DNA from: Pseudomonas aeruginosa
Lineage (GTDB): Bacteria > Pseudomonadota > Gammaproteobacteria > Pseudomonadales > Pseudomonadaceae
Assembly: GCF_001457615.1 (NCBI RefSeq)
Contig: NZ_LN831024.1
Coordinates: 5,880,001 to 5,912,000, forward strand
Direction of reading: 5' to 3'
DNA length: 32,000 nucleotides
The position numbers and the translations under genes are program-made. Shown here one piece after another: positions 8,622-18,678 of the stretch (the stretch's first letter is position 1; each line of letters begins with the position of its first letter). The notes under the pieces were generated by a model that saw nothing but the letters and a program-made list of their open reading frames with translations, did no database searches and was not told the origin of the DNA.

Positions 8622-9785
8622 TCAGTATGCCGCGCGATAGATCGCCAGGGCATCCGCCTCGCCGACCTCGCGCGGGTTGTTGACCAGCAGACGCTGCTGG
8701 AGCATCGCGTCGGCGGCCAGGCGCGGCAGCATCGCCTCGTCCACCCCGGCGTCGCGCAAGCGGCTCGGCAGGCCGTTGCGCGGACTGAGCTGGGCCAGTT
8801 CGTCGATCAGCTGCACGGTAAGCGCGTCGCGATCGCCCGGACGCAAGCGGTCGCCCAGCAGCAGCGGCGCCAGCTCGGCATAGAGTCCAGCGGCAGCGGG
8901 AGCGTTGAAACGGATCACCTCCGGTAGCACCAGCGCATTGCTCAGGCCGTGGGGAATGTGGAAATGCCCTCCCAGCGGATAGGCCAGGGCATGCACCGCC
9001 GCCACCGGCGCATTGGCGAAGGCCTGCCCGGCCAGGCAGGCGCCCAGCAGCATGGCCTGGCGCGCCTCGCGGTCGCCGCCGTCGCCTACCGCGCGTTCCA
9101 GGTTGGCCGCCAGCAGGCGCAACGCCTCCCGCGCCAGCAGGTCGGACAGCGGGTTCTTCTTCAGTTTGCTGGTATAGCTCTCGATCGCATGCACCATCGC
9201 GTCGATACCGGTCGCCGCGGTGACCGCCGGCGGCAAGCCGAGGGTCAGGTCGGCGTCGAGCAGCGCCAGGTCGGGCAGCAAGTGGGGCGAGACCACGCCC
9301 ATCTTGGTGGTCTCGCCGGTGGTGACGATGGCGATCGGCGTCACCTCGGAGCCGGTCCCGGCGGTGGTCGGCACCTGGATCAGCGGCAGGCGCGGCCCGC
9401 GTGCGTTGCCGACCCCGAAGACCTCGCCGAGCCCCTGCCCTGCTTCTGGGTGGGCGAGCAGCGCGACCAGCTTGGCTACGTCCATGGAGCTGCCGCCGCC
9501 GAAACCGACCACCAGCTCGGCAGCCATGCCCCGCGCCCGCCCGAGCGCGGCCTCGACCACCGCCTCGGGCGGATCGGCGAGCACCTGGTCGTACACCTCG
9601 ACGGCCAGGCCCAGGCGCGGGAAGCCGGGCAGGATCGCATCCAGCAAGCCGAGCCGGGTGATCCCCGGGTCGGTCACGATCAACACGCGGCGCGCCCTTC
9701 GCTCGCGGCAGAGTTCCGCCAGGCGGATGGCGGAGCCGGCCTCGCAGAGGATCTGCGCGGTAGTGGCGAAACTGAAAGCTTGCAT
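8622..9785 (-). CDS. Iron-containing alcohol dehydrogenase
   Basis: MQAFSFATTAQILCEAG...; VGFGGGSSMDVAKLVA, TTAGTGSEVTPIAIVT, GIDAMVHAIESY, PLGGHFHIPHGLSNALVLPEV (metal-binding His). Confidence 0.92.
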   Translation of the reverse strand: MQAFSFATTAQILCEAGSAIRLAELCRERRARRVLIVTDPGITRLGLLDAILPGFPRLGLAVEVYDQVLADPPEAVVEAALGRARGMAAELVVGFGGGSSMDVAKLVALLAHPEAGQGLGEVFGVGNARGPRLPLIQVPTTAGTGSEVTPIAIVTTGETTKMGVVSPHLLPDLALLDADLTLGLPPAVTAATGIDAMVHAIESYTSKLKKNPLSDLLAREALRLLAANLERAVGDGGDREARQAMLLGACLAGQAFANAPVAAVHALAYPLGGHFHIPHGLSNALVLPEVIRFNAPAAAGLYAELAPLLLGDRLRPGDRDALTVQLIDELAQLSPRNGLPSRLRDAGVDEAMLPRLAADAMLQQRLLVNNPREVGEADALAIYRAAY

Positions 9786-9811
9786 ATCGGTCTCCCTGGG
9801 CGAGACGCCCG

Positions 9812-11602
9812 TCAGAACGAGAAATGCTCCTCGGGCAGGGCCATCAGGCAGTCGGCGCCACCGAGCAAGGCTTCGCGGTGCATGCTCGCCCGCGGCAGGA
9901 TGCGCCGCAGGTAGAAATCGGCGCTGCGCAGCTTGGCCCGATAGAAATCGCCCTCGCCGGAGCCGCCGTCCAGCGCTTCCTGGGCTCGTGCCGCGGCTTG
10001 CAACCAGAGGGCCGCGAGCAATACGTAGGCGCTGTACTGGAGGAAGTCCACCGAAGTGGCGCCGATCTCCTGGGGATCGCGGGCGCAGGCCTCGAGTACC
10101 TGGCCGGTGAGCTGCCGCCACTCCTCCAGGCGTTGCAGCACCGGCTCAGCCAGTGGCGCCAGCGCAGCACGCCCTTGCAGCGCCTCGCTGGCCACCGCCA
10201 GTTCGCCTTGCAGCGCCAGCAGTTCGCCGCCCTGGTCGCCGAGCAGCTTGCGGCGGACCAGATCGAGCGCCTGGATGCCATTGGTGCCTTCGTATATCTG
10301 GGTGATGCGACTGTCGCGCATCAATTGCTCCATGCCCCATTCGCGGATGAAACCGTGACCGCCATAGACCTGTACGCCGAGGCTGGCGACTTCCTGGCCG
10401 ACATCGGTAAGGAAGGCCTTGACGATGGGGATCAGCAGCGCTGCACGGCGCGTCGCCGCGCGCCGGCCGTCGGCATCCGGATGGCCGTGTTCCAGGTCGA
10501 GCTGGCGTGCGCAGCAGGCCGCCAGCATGCGGCAGCCTTCGACCAGGGTCTTCTGGGTCAGCAGCATGCGCCGCACGTCGGGGTGCACGATGATCGGGTC
10601 GGCGACCTTGTCCGGTGCCTGCGGGCCGACCAGGGCGCGCGACTGCAGGCGTTCGCGGGCGTAGCCGAGGGCGCCCTGGAAGGCCCGTTCGGCGATACCC
10701 AGGCCCTGCAGGCCGACCTGGAAGCGCGCGTCGTTCATCATCGTGAACATGCAGGCCAGGCCCTGGTTCGCCTGGCCCAGCAGCCAGCCCCTGGCGCCGT
10801 CGAAGTTCATCACGCAGGTGGAGGCGCCCTTGATCCCCATCTTGTGCTCGATGGCGCCGCACCCCAGGCTGTTGCGCTCGCCCAGGGAGCCATCGGGATT
10901 GGCGACGAACTTCGGCACCAGGAACAGACTGATGCCCTTCACCCCGGCCGGCGCGTCCGCCAGGCGCGCCAGCACCAGGTGGACGATGTTCTCGGTGAGG
11001 TCCTGCTCGCCACCGCTGATGAAGATCTTGCTGCCGCTGATCGCGTAGCTGCCGTCGGCCTGCGCCTCGGCGCGGGTGCGCAGGAGGGCGAGGTCGGTGC
11101 CGGCCTGGGGTTCGGTCAGGCACATGGTGCCGGCCCATTCGCCGCTCACCAGCTTGCCCAGGTAGTCGCGCCGCAACGCCTCGTCGCCATGCTTGTACAG
11201 GGCCAGCACGGCGCCCTCGGTCAGCCCCGAATAGACGCGGAAGGACAGGCTGGCGGCCATCAGCATCTCGTGGAAGCACGCGGAGACCATCTGCGGGAAG
11301 CCCTGGCCGCCGTACTCGGTGGGTCCGGTCATGCTCGCCCAGCCGTTCTCGCTGTACTGCCGGTAGGCTTCGCGAAAGCCGGTGGGGGTGGACACCACGC
11401 CGTCCTTCAGCTTCGCGCCTTCCTCGTCGCTGTTGCGATTGAGCGGCGCCACCACCTGGCCGGTGTAGCGCGCGCCTTCCTCGAGCACGCCGTCGATCAG
11501 TTCGCGATCGATGCCGTTGCCCAGCAGTTCGCAATGCGCGCCGACATCGAACAGTTCATGGAGAACGAAGCGCATGTCGCGCAAGGGGGCCTGGTAATCC
11601 AT
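9812..11602 (-). CDS. Long-form acyl-CoA dehydrogenase (about 596 aa, with C-terminal extension)
   Basis: NENGWASMTGPTEYGGQGFPQ, CLTEPQAGTDLALLRTRA, KIFISGGEQDLTENIVHLVLAR, YGGHGFIREWGMEQLMRDSRITQIYEGTNGIQALDLVRRKL. Confidence 0.92.
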   Translation of the reverse strand: MDYQAPLRDMRFVLHELFDVGAHCELLGNGIDRELIDGVLEEGARYTGQVVAPLNRNSDEEGAKLKDGVVSTPTGFREAYRQYSENGWASMTGPTEYGGQGFPQMVSACFHEMLMAASLSFRVYSGLTEGAVLALYKHGDEALRRDYLGKLVSGEWAGTMCLTEPQAGTDLALLRTRAEAQADGSYAISGSKIFISGGEQDLTENIVHLVLARLADAPAGVKGISLFLVPKFVANPDGSLGERNSLGCGAIEHKMGIKGASTCVMNFDGARGWLLGQANQGLACMFTMMNDARFQVGLQGLGIAERAFQGALGYARERLQSRALVGPQAPDKVADPIIVHPDVRRMLLTQKTLVEGCRMLAACCARQLDLEHGHPDADGRRAATRRAALLIPIVKAFLTDVGQEVASLGVQVYGGHGFIREWGMEQLMRDSRITQIYEGTNGIQALDLVRRKLLGDQGGELLALQGELAVASEALQGRAALAPLAEPVLQRLEEWRQLTGQVLEACARDPQEIGATSVDFLQYSAYVLLAALWLQAAARAQEALDGGSGEGDFYRAKLRSADFYLRRILPRASMHREALLGGADCLMALPEEHFSF

Positions 11603-11603
11603 C

Positions 11604-12839
11604 TCAGCGCGCCTCCTGCAGGTCGGCGAAGGCTCCGCCCTCGGCGGCCAGGCGCTCGACCAGGGACGCCGGCTTCCAGCGTGCGCCGTGGCGCTGTTCG
11701 AGGAAACGCAAGCGTTGCAGCAGCTCGGCCGCGCCGAGGCGATCGGCCCAGGCCATGGGACCGCCCTCCGCGGCGGGGAAGCCGTAGCCGTTCAGGTAGA
11801 CAGTGTCGATGTCGGCACTACGGGCGGCGATACCCTCGTCGAGGATCTTCGCGCCCTCGTTGACCAGCGCCAGCAGGCAACGCTCGAGGATTTCCTCGTC
11901 GGCGAAATCGCGCCGCGGGTAGCCCAGCGTTTCGGCAACCCGGAGCACCAGGGCATCCACCTCGGTATCGTGCTCCGCCTGGCGGCTACCCGGCGCGTAG
12001 CGGTAGTAGCCGGCACCGCTCTTCTGGCCGAAGCGGCCCATCTCGCAAAGGCGGTTGTCCACCTGCACGGCCGGCTGGTCCTGGCCGACCCCGGCCAACT
12101 CGCGGGCGCGCCACTCAAGGTCGATACCGACCACGTCGTACATGCGGAACGGCCCCATGGCGAAACCGAACGCCTGGAGAGCCCGGTCCACCTGGTACGG
12201 CAGGGCGCCTTCCAGCAGCATCAGGCGGGCCTCGGTGGCGTAGGGTTCGAGCATGCGGTTGCCGATGAAGCCGTGGCAGTTGCCGGCCACCACGCTGACC
12301 TTGCCCATCCGCTCGCCCAGCGCCAGGGCCTCCTCCAGCACCGCCGGCGCGGTCTGCGCGCCGCGCACGATCTCCAGCAGCCGCATGATGTGCGCCGGGC
12401 TGAAGAAGTGCAGGCCGAGCACCTGACCCGGACGCGCGGTGACCGCGGCGATGGCGTCGATGTCCAGGTAGGAGGTATTGCTGGCCAGCACCGCGGAGGG
12501 CTTCAGCGCCGCGTCCAGCTCGCGGAAGATCGATTGCTTGAGTTCCAGGTTCTCGTAGACCGCCTCGATCACCAGGTCCGCCTCGCGCATCGCGGCGAGG
12601 TGCTGGACCGGCGTGATGCGGGCGCGGCGCGCGGCCGCTTCCTTTTCGCCGATGCGCCCCTGGCGCACGTTGTGCGCGTAGGTGTCGGCCACGGCGCCGA
12701 GCGCCTGGTTGAGCATCTGCGGGTTGCTGTCCAGCCACTGCACGTCGAGACCGGCGTTGGCCAGGCACATGACGATACCGCGACCCATGGTGCCGGCGCC
12801 GATCACCGCGGCCTGGCGGAAGGAAAAGTTCTGGCTCAT
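11604..12839 (-). CDS. 3-hydroxyacyl-CoA dehydrogenase (NAD-binding, 3-hydroxybutyryl-CoA type, long form)
   Basis: MSQNFSFRQAAVIGAGTMGRGIVMCLANAGLDVQWLDSN; ASNTSYLDIDAIAAVTARPGQVLGLHFFSPAHIMRLLEIVRG; GNCHGFIGNRM. Confidence 0.92.
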   Translation of the reverse strand: MSQNFSFRQAAVIGAGTMGRGIVMCLANAGLDVQWLDSNPQMLNQALGAVADTYAHNVRQGRIGEKEAAARRARITPVQHLAAMREADLVIEAVYENLELKQSIFRELDAALKPSAVLASNTSYLDIDAIAAVTARPGQVLGLHFFSPAHIMRLLEIVRGAQTAPAVLEEALALGERMGKVSVVAGNCHGFIGNRMLEPYATEARLMLLEGALPYQVDRALQAFGFAMGPFRMYDVVGIDLEWRARELAGVGQDQPAVQVDNRLCEMGRFGQKSGAGYYRYAPGSRQAEHDTEVDALVLRVAETLGYPRRDFADEEILERCLLALVNEGAKILDEGIAARSADIDTVYLNGYGFPAAEGGPMAWADRLGAAELLQRLRFLEQRHGARWKPASLVERLAAEGGAFADLQEAR

Positions 12840-12981
12840 GGTCTTGTCCTCGTTGTAGCGAGCGCAGGAGGAACGGTGGACGAAACCTGGGGCAGTCCGA
12901 CCGCACAAAAAGCGACCACTACCTTAGGGGAAGGTCGTACTATTTTTGAAATTTAGTCTTGTGATAGCTGGAATTCAGGCA

Positions 12982-13890
12982 GTGAATATCCAAACCTTCG
13001 ACCTCAACCTGCTACGCGTCCTTGACGCGCTGCTGCGCGAACGCAACGTCTCGCGCGCGGCGGAGCGCCTGGCGCTGAGCCAGCCGGCAGTGAGCAATGC
13101 GCTGAACCGCCTGCGCGAGCTGCTCGACGACCCGCTGCTGGTCCGCGCCGGTCGTGCGATGCAGCCGACGCCCCGGGCGCTGGCGCTGGAAGCGCCGATC
13201 CGCGCGGCGCTGCGGCAGATCGAACAGAGCCTGGGCGACGGCGAGGGCTTCGATCCGGGGCGCAGCCGGCAGCGCTTCACCGTAGCGGTGACCGACTACG
13301 TCGAACTGATCTGCATGCCCGCCCTGATGCGCCGCCTGAGTGAGCGGGCGCCGGGAATCTCCATCGCCATCCAGCACCTGACCCCGACCTTGCCGGCCGA
13401 GGCGCTGGACAAAGGCGAACTGGACCTGGTGCTAGGCCGCTTCGAAAACGTCCCGGCGCGCTTCCAGCGCCGCCATTGGGCCAGCGAGACCCTGCAACTG
13501 GTCGCCCGGCGTCAGCACCCGCTGCTGGCGCAGGCTCCCGACCTGGCCACCTTCCTGGAGCTGCAGCACCTGTGGGTGCACGGCGGGCAGACCAAGGGGA
13601 TGGTCGACCAGTGGCTGGGCAGCCAGGGGCTCAAGCGGCAAGTGGCCTACACCACGCCGAACTACCTGCAGGCAGCGCACATCGCCGCGTACAGCGACCT
13701 GGTCGGCGTCCTGCCGCGACAACTGGCGCACTACTTCGAACGATTGCTGCCCCTGCAATCGTTCGACCTGCCGTTCGACCTCGGCCCGTTCCACCTGGAA
13801 CTGGTGTTTCTGGCCCAGCGCGAACGCGACATCGCCCTGCAATGGCTGGTCGAACAGATCCGCCAGGTCGGGGCCGCCGGACCGGACTAG
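12982..13890 (+). CDS. LysR-family transcriptional regulator
   Basis: VNIQTFDLNLLRVLDALLRERNVSRAAERLALSQPAVSNALNRLRELLDDPLLVR. GTG at 12982 preferred over upstream TTG at 12946. Confidence 0.88.
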   Translation: MNIQTFDLNLLRVLDALLRERNVSRAAERLALSQPAVSNALNRLRELLDDPLLVRAGRAMQPTPRALALEAPIRAALRQIEQSLGDGEGFDPGRSRQRFTVAVTDYVELICMPALMRRLSERAPGISIAIQHLTPTLPAEALDKGELDLVLGRFENVPARFQRRHWASETLQLVARRQHPLLAQAPDLATFLELQHLWVHGGQTKGMVDQWLGSQGLKRQVAYTTPNYLQAAHIAAYSDLVGVLPRQLAHYFERLLPLQSFDLPFDLGPFHLELVFLAQRERDIALQWLVEQIRQVGAAGPD

Positions 13891-13904
13891 GGGAATCCGG
13901 GCAG

Positions 13905-14507
13905 TCAGAAGCGGTCGCGAATGACCAGTTCTTCCCGCGGCAGCTTGCCGCTGCGCGGCCAGGGTTCAACGGCCTTTTTCCCGACCGCGACCATCAGGCC
14001 GATCACATGGTTGTCCGGCAGGTTGATCAGCCGGGCCACGGCATCGAAGTCGAAACCATCCATCGGACACGAATCCAGGCCCTGGCCGCGGGCGACCAGC
14101 ATCAGGGTCTGCGCCAGCAGGCCGCAGCTGCGCATGGCTTCGTCGCGCTGTACCTGGGGCTTGCCGCGGTAGTAGGTGTCGATGGCGCCTGCCATGAACG
14201 CCTGTACCGCCTCGGGAGCACCGTCCCAGACCCGCTGCGCGTTGCGCTCCCAACTGTCGAGCTGGGCGCACACCACCACCAGCATCGCCGCGTCGGTGAC
14301 CTGCGCCTGGTCCCAGGCCACTTCACGCAACTGCACGCGCAATTGCGGATCGCTGACCTCGACCAGCCGCACGTGTTGCAGGTTGAAGGCGGAAGGCGCA
14401 TGCAGCGCCAGGTCCAGGAGATGGTCCTTCTCTTCGCGAGTCAGGCTGAAGGATGAGTCGTAGCCCTTGATGGCACGGCGACTACGAACGGCGTCTTCGA
14501 TATGCAT
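13905..14507 (-). CDS. Nitroreductase-family FMN oxidoreductase
   Basis: MHIEDAVRSRRAIKGYDSSFSLTREEKDHLLDLALHAPSAFNLQHVRLVEV; CGLLAQTLMLVARGQGLDSCPMDGFD. Confidence 0.88.
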   Translation of the reverse strand: MHIEDAVRSRRAIKGYDSSFSLTREEKDHLLDLALHAPSAFNLQHVRLVEVSDPQLRVQLREVAWDQAQVTDAAMLVVVCAQLDSWERNAQRVWDGAPEAVQAFMAGAIDTYYRGKPQVQRDEAMRSCGLLAQTLMLVARGQGLDSCPMDGFDFDAVARLINLPDNHVIGLMVAVGKKAVEPWPRSGKLPREELVIRDRF

Positions 14508-14760
14508 GGGGGAAATCCACTGCGAGGGAACAAAGGGGCACCCACTCTAGGGCATTGGCGAGAAGATAAACCAGACTTCAATAAATCCGACGCAGCCCCA
14601 CAGCAGCTACTTACAGAATTAAGACTAGGACTATTCCTAGGAAGGAATTTTCCTAAGGAATTGTCCTATATTCCACTCCAATGCCAGCGTCTGGGAGAGG
14701 GCCCCTCCCGGGACGCACGAACGCAGAAAAATAAGGATGAACTCACGTAGGAGTAAGCTC

Positions 14761-15117
14761 ATGAACAGGATGGGCCAACTGGCTTTGTTCGGTCTTCTTG
14801 TAGGAACTTCCAGCAACCTGTTCGCCGCCCCCGGCAGCATCAGCGGCGTCATCCGCTTCACCGGCGCCATTGTCGAGCCACCATGCTCGATGAGCGCTCC
14901 CCGCCAAGACGAAAGCAAGGGCAGTTTCCACCTCAGTGGCTGTCCCATGCAGGCGCGCACCGCGGATGTCAGCATCCGTTCGATGAAGACCGGCGAGGTG
15001 CGCCACTTGCAACCCAGCGATACGGTCATCGGTGAACGGGATTTCTCGGCGCGCTATGAGCTGGCAGGAAGCGGTCGCCGCTCCGGCAACTACCTGATCA
15101 CCGTCACCTACCCCTGA
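14761..15117 (+). CDS. Small exported fimbrial (type 1 pilin)-like protein
   Basis: MNRMGQLALFGLLVGTSSNLFAAPGSISGVIRFTGAIVEPPCSMS...FHLSGCPMQ; GSISGxIxFxGxIVExxC is characteristic of chaperone-usher pilin N-termini. SD AGGAG; alternative ATG at 14737. Confidence 0.7.
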   Translation: MNRMGQLALFGLLVGTSSNLFAAPGSISGVIRFTGAIVEPPCSMSAPRQDESKGSFHLSGCPMQARTADVSIRSMKTGEVRHLQPSDTVIGERDFSARYELAGSGRRSGNYLITVTYP

Positions 15118-15129
15118 CGTTCGCCCATG

Positions 15130-15155
15130 AAAAAACCGCCCGAAGGCGGTTTTTT
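15130..15155. terminator. Bidirectional intrinsic terminator between fimbrial-like gene and pckA
   Basis: AAAAAA-CCGCC-CGAA-GGCGG-TTTTTT. Confidence 0.85.
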
Positions 15156-15174
15156 CATGGTGCCGAAACGTGGC

Positions 15175-16716
15175 TTACAGCTGCGGGCCGGCGGCCTTGA
15201 TCGCATCGGAAACCTCGAATTTCTTGAAGTTTTCGATGAACTGCTTGGCCAGGCCCTTCGCCGCCTCGTCGTAGGCAGCCTTGTCAGCCCAGGTGTTGCG
15301 CGGGTTGAGCAGATTGGTCTCGACGCCCGGAACGGCCTTCGGCACGTCCAGGTTGATGATCTCCAGGTGCTCGGTTTCCGCGCCGATCAGCGCGCCGCTC
15401 TGGATCGCCGCGATCACGCCACGGGTGGTCGGGATGTTGAAGCGCTTGCCGACGCCGTAGCCACCGCCGGTCCAGCCAGTGTTGACCAGGTAGACCTTGG
15501 AGCCGAAGGCCTTGATGCGCTTGATCAGCAGCTCGGCATAGACGCCGGCCGGACGCGGGAAGAAAGGAGCACCGAAGCAGGTGGAGAAGGTCGACTTGAT
15601 ACCGCCGCCGGAACCCATCTCGGTGGAGCCGACCAGCGCGGTGTAGCCGGACAGGAAGTGGTAGGCCGCCTGCTCATTGTTCAGGATCGATACCGGCGGC
15701 AGTACGCCGGTCAGGTCGCAGGTCAGGAAGATCACCGCGTTGGGCTCGCCGCCGAGGTTCTTCTCCGAACGCTTCTCGACGTGCTCCAGCGGGTAGGCGG
15801 CGCGGCTGTTCTGGGTCAGGCTGTCATCGGCGTAGTTGGGCACGCGCTCTTCGTCGAGAACCACGTTCTCCAGCACGGCGCCGAACTTGATGGCTTTCCA
15901 GATGACCGGCTCGTTCTTCTCGGACAGGTCGATGCACTTGGCATAGCAACCGCCTTCGACGTTGAACACCACGCCCTCGCCCCAGCCGTGCTCGTCGTCA
16001 CCGATCAGGTAACGGCTTTCATCGGCGGACAGGGTGGTCTTGCCGGTGCCGGACAGGCCGAAGAACAGGGTCACATCGCCCGCTTCGCCGATGTTGGCAG
16101 CGCAGTGCATCGGCAGCACGTCGCGCTCGGGCAGCAGGAAGTTCTGCACGGAGAACATGGCTTTCTTCATCTCGCCGGCATAGCGCATGCCTGCGATCAG
16201 CACTTTCTTCTGGGCGAAATTGAGGATCACGCAACCGTCGGAGTTGGTGCCGTCGCGCTCGGGCACGCATTCGAAGTTGGCGACATTGAGGACCTGCCAC
16301 TCGTCCTTGCCGGCCGGGTTGTACTGCTCCGGCTCGATGAACAGGCAACGGCCGAACAGATTCTGCCAGGCGGTAGCGGTGGTCATCTTCACCGGCAGGT
16401 AGTAAGCCTCGGCGGAACCTACATGAACATGGGAAACGAAATGGTCCTGGGCGTTGTTGAACGCTTCCACGCGGGCCCACAGCGCATCGAACTTGTCGGC
16501 CGGGAACGGACGGTTGATGTTGCCCCAGGCGATCGCGTCCTTGGTGCTCGGCTCTTCGACGATGAAACGGTCGACCGGCGAACGGCCGGTGCGATGGCCG
16601 GTACGTACGACCAGCGAGCCGTTGGCGGCCAGTTCGCCCTCACCGCGGCGAATGGCTTCTTCTACCAGTTGGGCGGCGCTGATATCGGTGTACACGGCGT
16701 TGTTGGCTTGCGTCAT
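15175..16716 (-). CDS. pckA: Phosphoenolpyruvate carboxykinase (ATP)
   Basis: 513 aa [27 protein letters not shown]...; [23 protein letters not shown]-type P-loop ([50 protein letters not shown]). Confidence 0.97.
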
Positions 16717-16831
16717 GTGGTTCCCCGTCGGCCAGAGGCCGAGTCCTCCAAACTTCGTAGCGCTTCAAAAAACTCACTACAGGAAAAAAGTGGCGGGATT
16801 ATGCCAGAAAAGCCCGCTGGATGAAAAATCG

Positions 16832-17725
16832 TCAGTGGCGGGTCTCGGAAGGCCCCTGGCTGCCAGCGCCAGCGAACAACTGGGCGACGTCGGAGGCGTC
16901 GAACAGGTAGCGCTGGTTGCAGAACTGGCAGTCGATGCTGATCGAGCCTTCTTCCTCCTCGAGCAGCCGCTCGCAGTCGGCCTGCCCGAGACTGACCAGG
17001 GCGTTGGCCGAACGTTCCCGCGAGCAACTGCAATGGAAGACCAGCGGTTGCGGCTCGAACAGGCGCACGGTTTCCTCGTGGTAGAGGCGGTGCAGGACGG
17101 TCTCGTTGTCCAGCGCCAGCAGCTCTTCGGCGGTCAGCGTGTCGGCCAGGGTGGTCAGGTGCTGCCAACTGGCCTCGCGGGCCTCGGGGTCCTTCAGGCG
17201 GTCGGCGGGAAGCTGCTGCAGCAGCAGGCCGCGGGCGCGGCGGCCGTTGGCGTTGAGCCAGAAACGGGTCGGCAGCTGTTCCGAGCTGGCGAAGTAGTTG
17301 GACAGGCATTCCGCCAGGTTCACCCCCTCCAGGGCGACGATCCCCTGGTAGCGCTGGCCCTTGACCGGGTCCACGGTGAGGGTCAGCACGCCTTCGGGCA
17401 TCAGTTCCTGCATGCCGGCGTCGGCGCCGATGGACTTCGCCGAATAGCGGGCCAGGCCACGCACCTGGCGGTCGCTGGAACACTCCACCATCAACAGCGG
17501 AACCGCGCCGCTGGAGCGCGCCTGCAATACCAGCAGGCCGTCGAACTTGAGCGTGCCGCAGAGCAGCGAGGCCGCCGCGAGCATCTCCCCGAGCAGCTGC
17601 GCGACCGGTTCCGGATAGGGATGTTTGGCCAGCACTTCGCTGTAGCTGCGCTCGAGATCGACCATCTCGCCGCGCACGTCGGTATCGTCGAAAAGGAAAC
17701 GCTGGCTCTGATCTGAATGGGACAT
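16832..17725 (-). CDS. hslO: Redox-regulated molecular chaperone Hsp33
   Basis: [38 protein letters not shown]...; zinc-binding [14 protein letters not shown] and [14 protein letters not shown] (CxC...CxxC). Confidence 0.97.
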   Translation of the reverse strand: MSHSDQSQRFLFDDTDVRGEMVDLERSYSEVLAKHPYPEPVAQLLGEMLAAASLLCGTLKFDGLLVLQARSSGAVPLLMVECSSDRQVRGLARYSAKSIGADAGMQELMPEGVLTLTVDPVKGQRYQGIVALEGVNLAECLSNYFASSEQLPTRFWLNANGRRARGLLLQQLPADRLKDPEAREASWQHLTTLADTLTAEELLALDNETVLHRLYHEETVRLFEPQPLVFHCSCSRERSANALVSLGQADCERLLEEEEGSISIDCQFCNQRYLFDASDVAQLFAGAGSQGPSETRH

Positions 17726-17837
17726 GCGGGACACAACGCTACGAATGAGGGAATGACAAGTGAGTGACAAAGGCCTATAAAAGCGCGCTTCGTGACAGTC
17801 GTACGCCGACCCGGCGCCGATAGGGGGAAACGATTTT

Positions 17838-18641
17838 ATGGATAATGCCTCTCCGTTCCAAGCGGCCTGGCAATGGCGCAAGTTCGCCACCTGTCATCTT
17901 CTGGCGCTCCTGCTGCTGATCCTGTGGCTCTGGGGCCCCACCCGCGAGCTGATGAACGGCTTCGACTTCTGGCTCTTCGACAAGCTCAACGGCTCCCTCG
18001 CCCTCAACGAAACCTGGCTGAAACTCTGGGGCCTGCTCAGTACCCGACCGTTCGACGCGGTGGTCGGGGTGATCCTGCTCTGCCTGCTGATTCGCGGCGA
18101 CTGGCTGCTGCCGGCGAACCAGGTACGGCGGCTGACCTTCGGCTTCATCGTGACCCTGCTGATCCTGGTGGTGATCCGCGTGCTCTACGCGAAGATCGCC
18201 CACCATCTGCACTGGCAGCACGCCAGCCTGTCGATGCTGATGGACAAGGCCATCCACCTCAGCGACCACTTCCCGGACTGGGAACGCGTGTGGGAAATCA
18301 AGGACCGCTCCAAGCGCAGCTTCCCCGGCGACCACGCCTCGGTGCTGCTGGTCTGGGCGCTGTTCATGTCGCTGTTCGCTCGCCGCGCCGGGCAGTTCCT
18401 GCTGATCTGGACCCTGGCCGTGCTGTTCATGATGCCGCGCCTGGTAGCCGGCGCGCACTGGGGCCAGGACGACTACATCGGCGGCCTGCAGATGGCCCTG
18501 CTGGCCCTCGCCTGGGGCTGCTACACACCGCTGGCGGCGAAGGCCAGCGGCTGGCTGGTGCAGGTGACCGAACCGCTGTTCCGCCTGCTGGCGAAATTGC
18601 CGCTGATCGGCCGCCTCGGCGTGGTCCGCGACTCGGCCTGA
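17838..18641 (+). CDS. lpxT: PAP2-superfamily membrane protein, LpxT (YeiU)-like lipid A phosphotransferase candidate
   Basis: [41 protein letters not shown]; [23 protein letters not shown]...[17 protein letters not shown] match PAP2 motifs and the YeiU layout. Confidence 0.75.
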   Translation: MDNASPFQAAWQWRKFATCHLLALLLLILWLWGPTRELMNGFDFWLFDKLNGSLALNETWLKLWGLLSTRPFDAVVGVILLCLLIRGDWLLPANQVRRLTFGFIVTLLILVVIRVLYAKIAHHLHWQHASLSMLMDKAIHLSDHFPDWERVWEIKDRSKRSFPGDHASVLLVWALFMSLFARRAGQFLLIWTLAVLFMMPRLVAGAHWGQDDYIGGLQMALLALAWGCYTPLAAKASGWLVQVTEPLFRLLAKLPLIGRLGVVRDSA

Positions 18642-18648
18642 GGCCATC

Positions 18649-18672
18649 CCGGTCTCCCCTGCGGGAGACCGG
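18649..18672. terminator. Terminator hairpin between convergent lpxT-like gene and hslR
   Basis: CCGGTCTCCC-CTGC-GGGAGACCGG; 10-bp perfect stem, no strong U-run. Confidence 0.6.
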
Positions 18673-18678
18673 CGCTTC

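Noticed and set aside
9824-11863. 679-aa plus-strand ORF across the acyl-CoA dehydrogenase
   Set aside because: Antisense shadow ORF of a clearly recognised minus-strand enzyme.
15127-16824. 565-aa plus-strand ORF over pckA
   Set aside because: Antisense shadow of pckA, and its start lies in the terminator hairpin.
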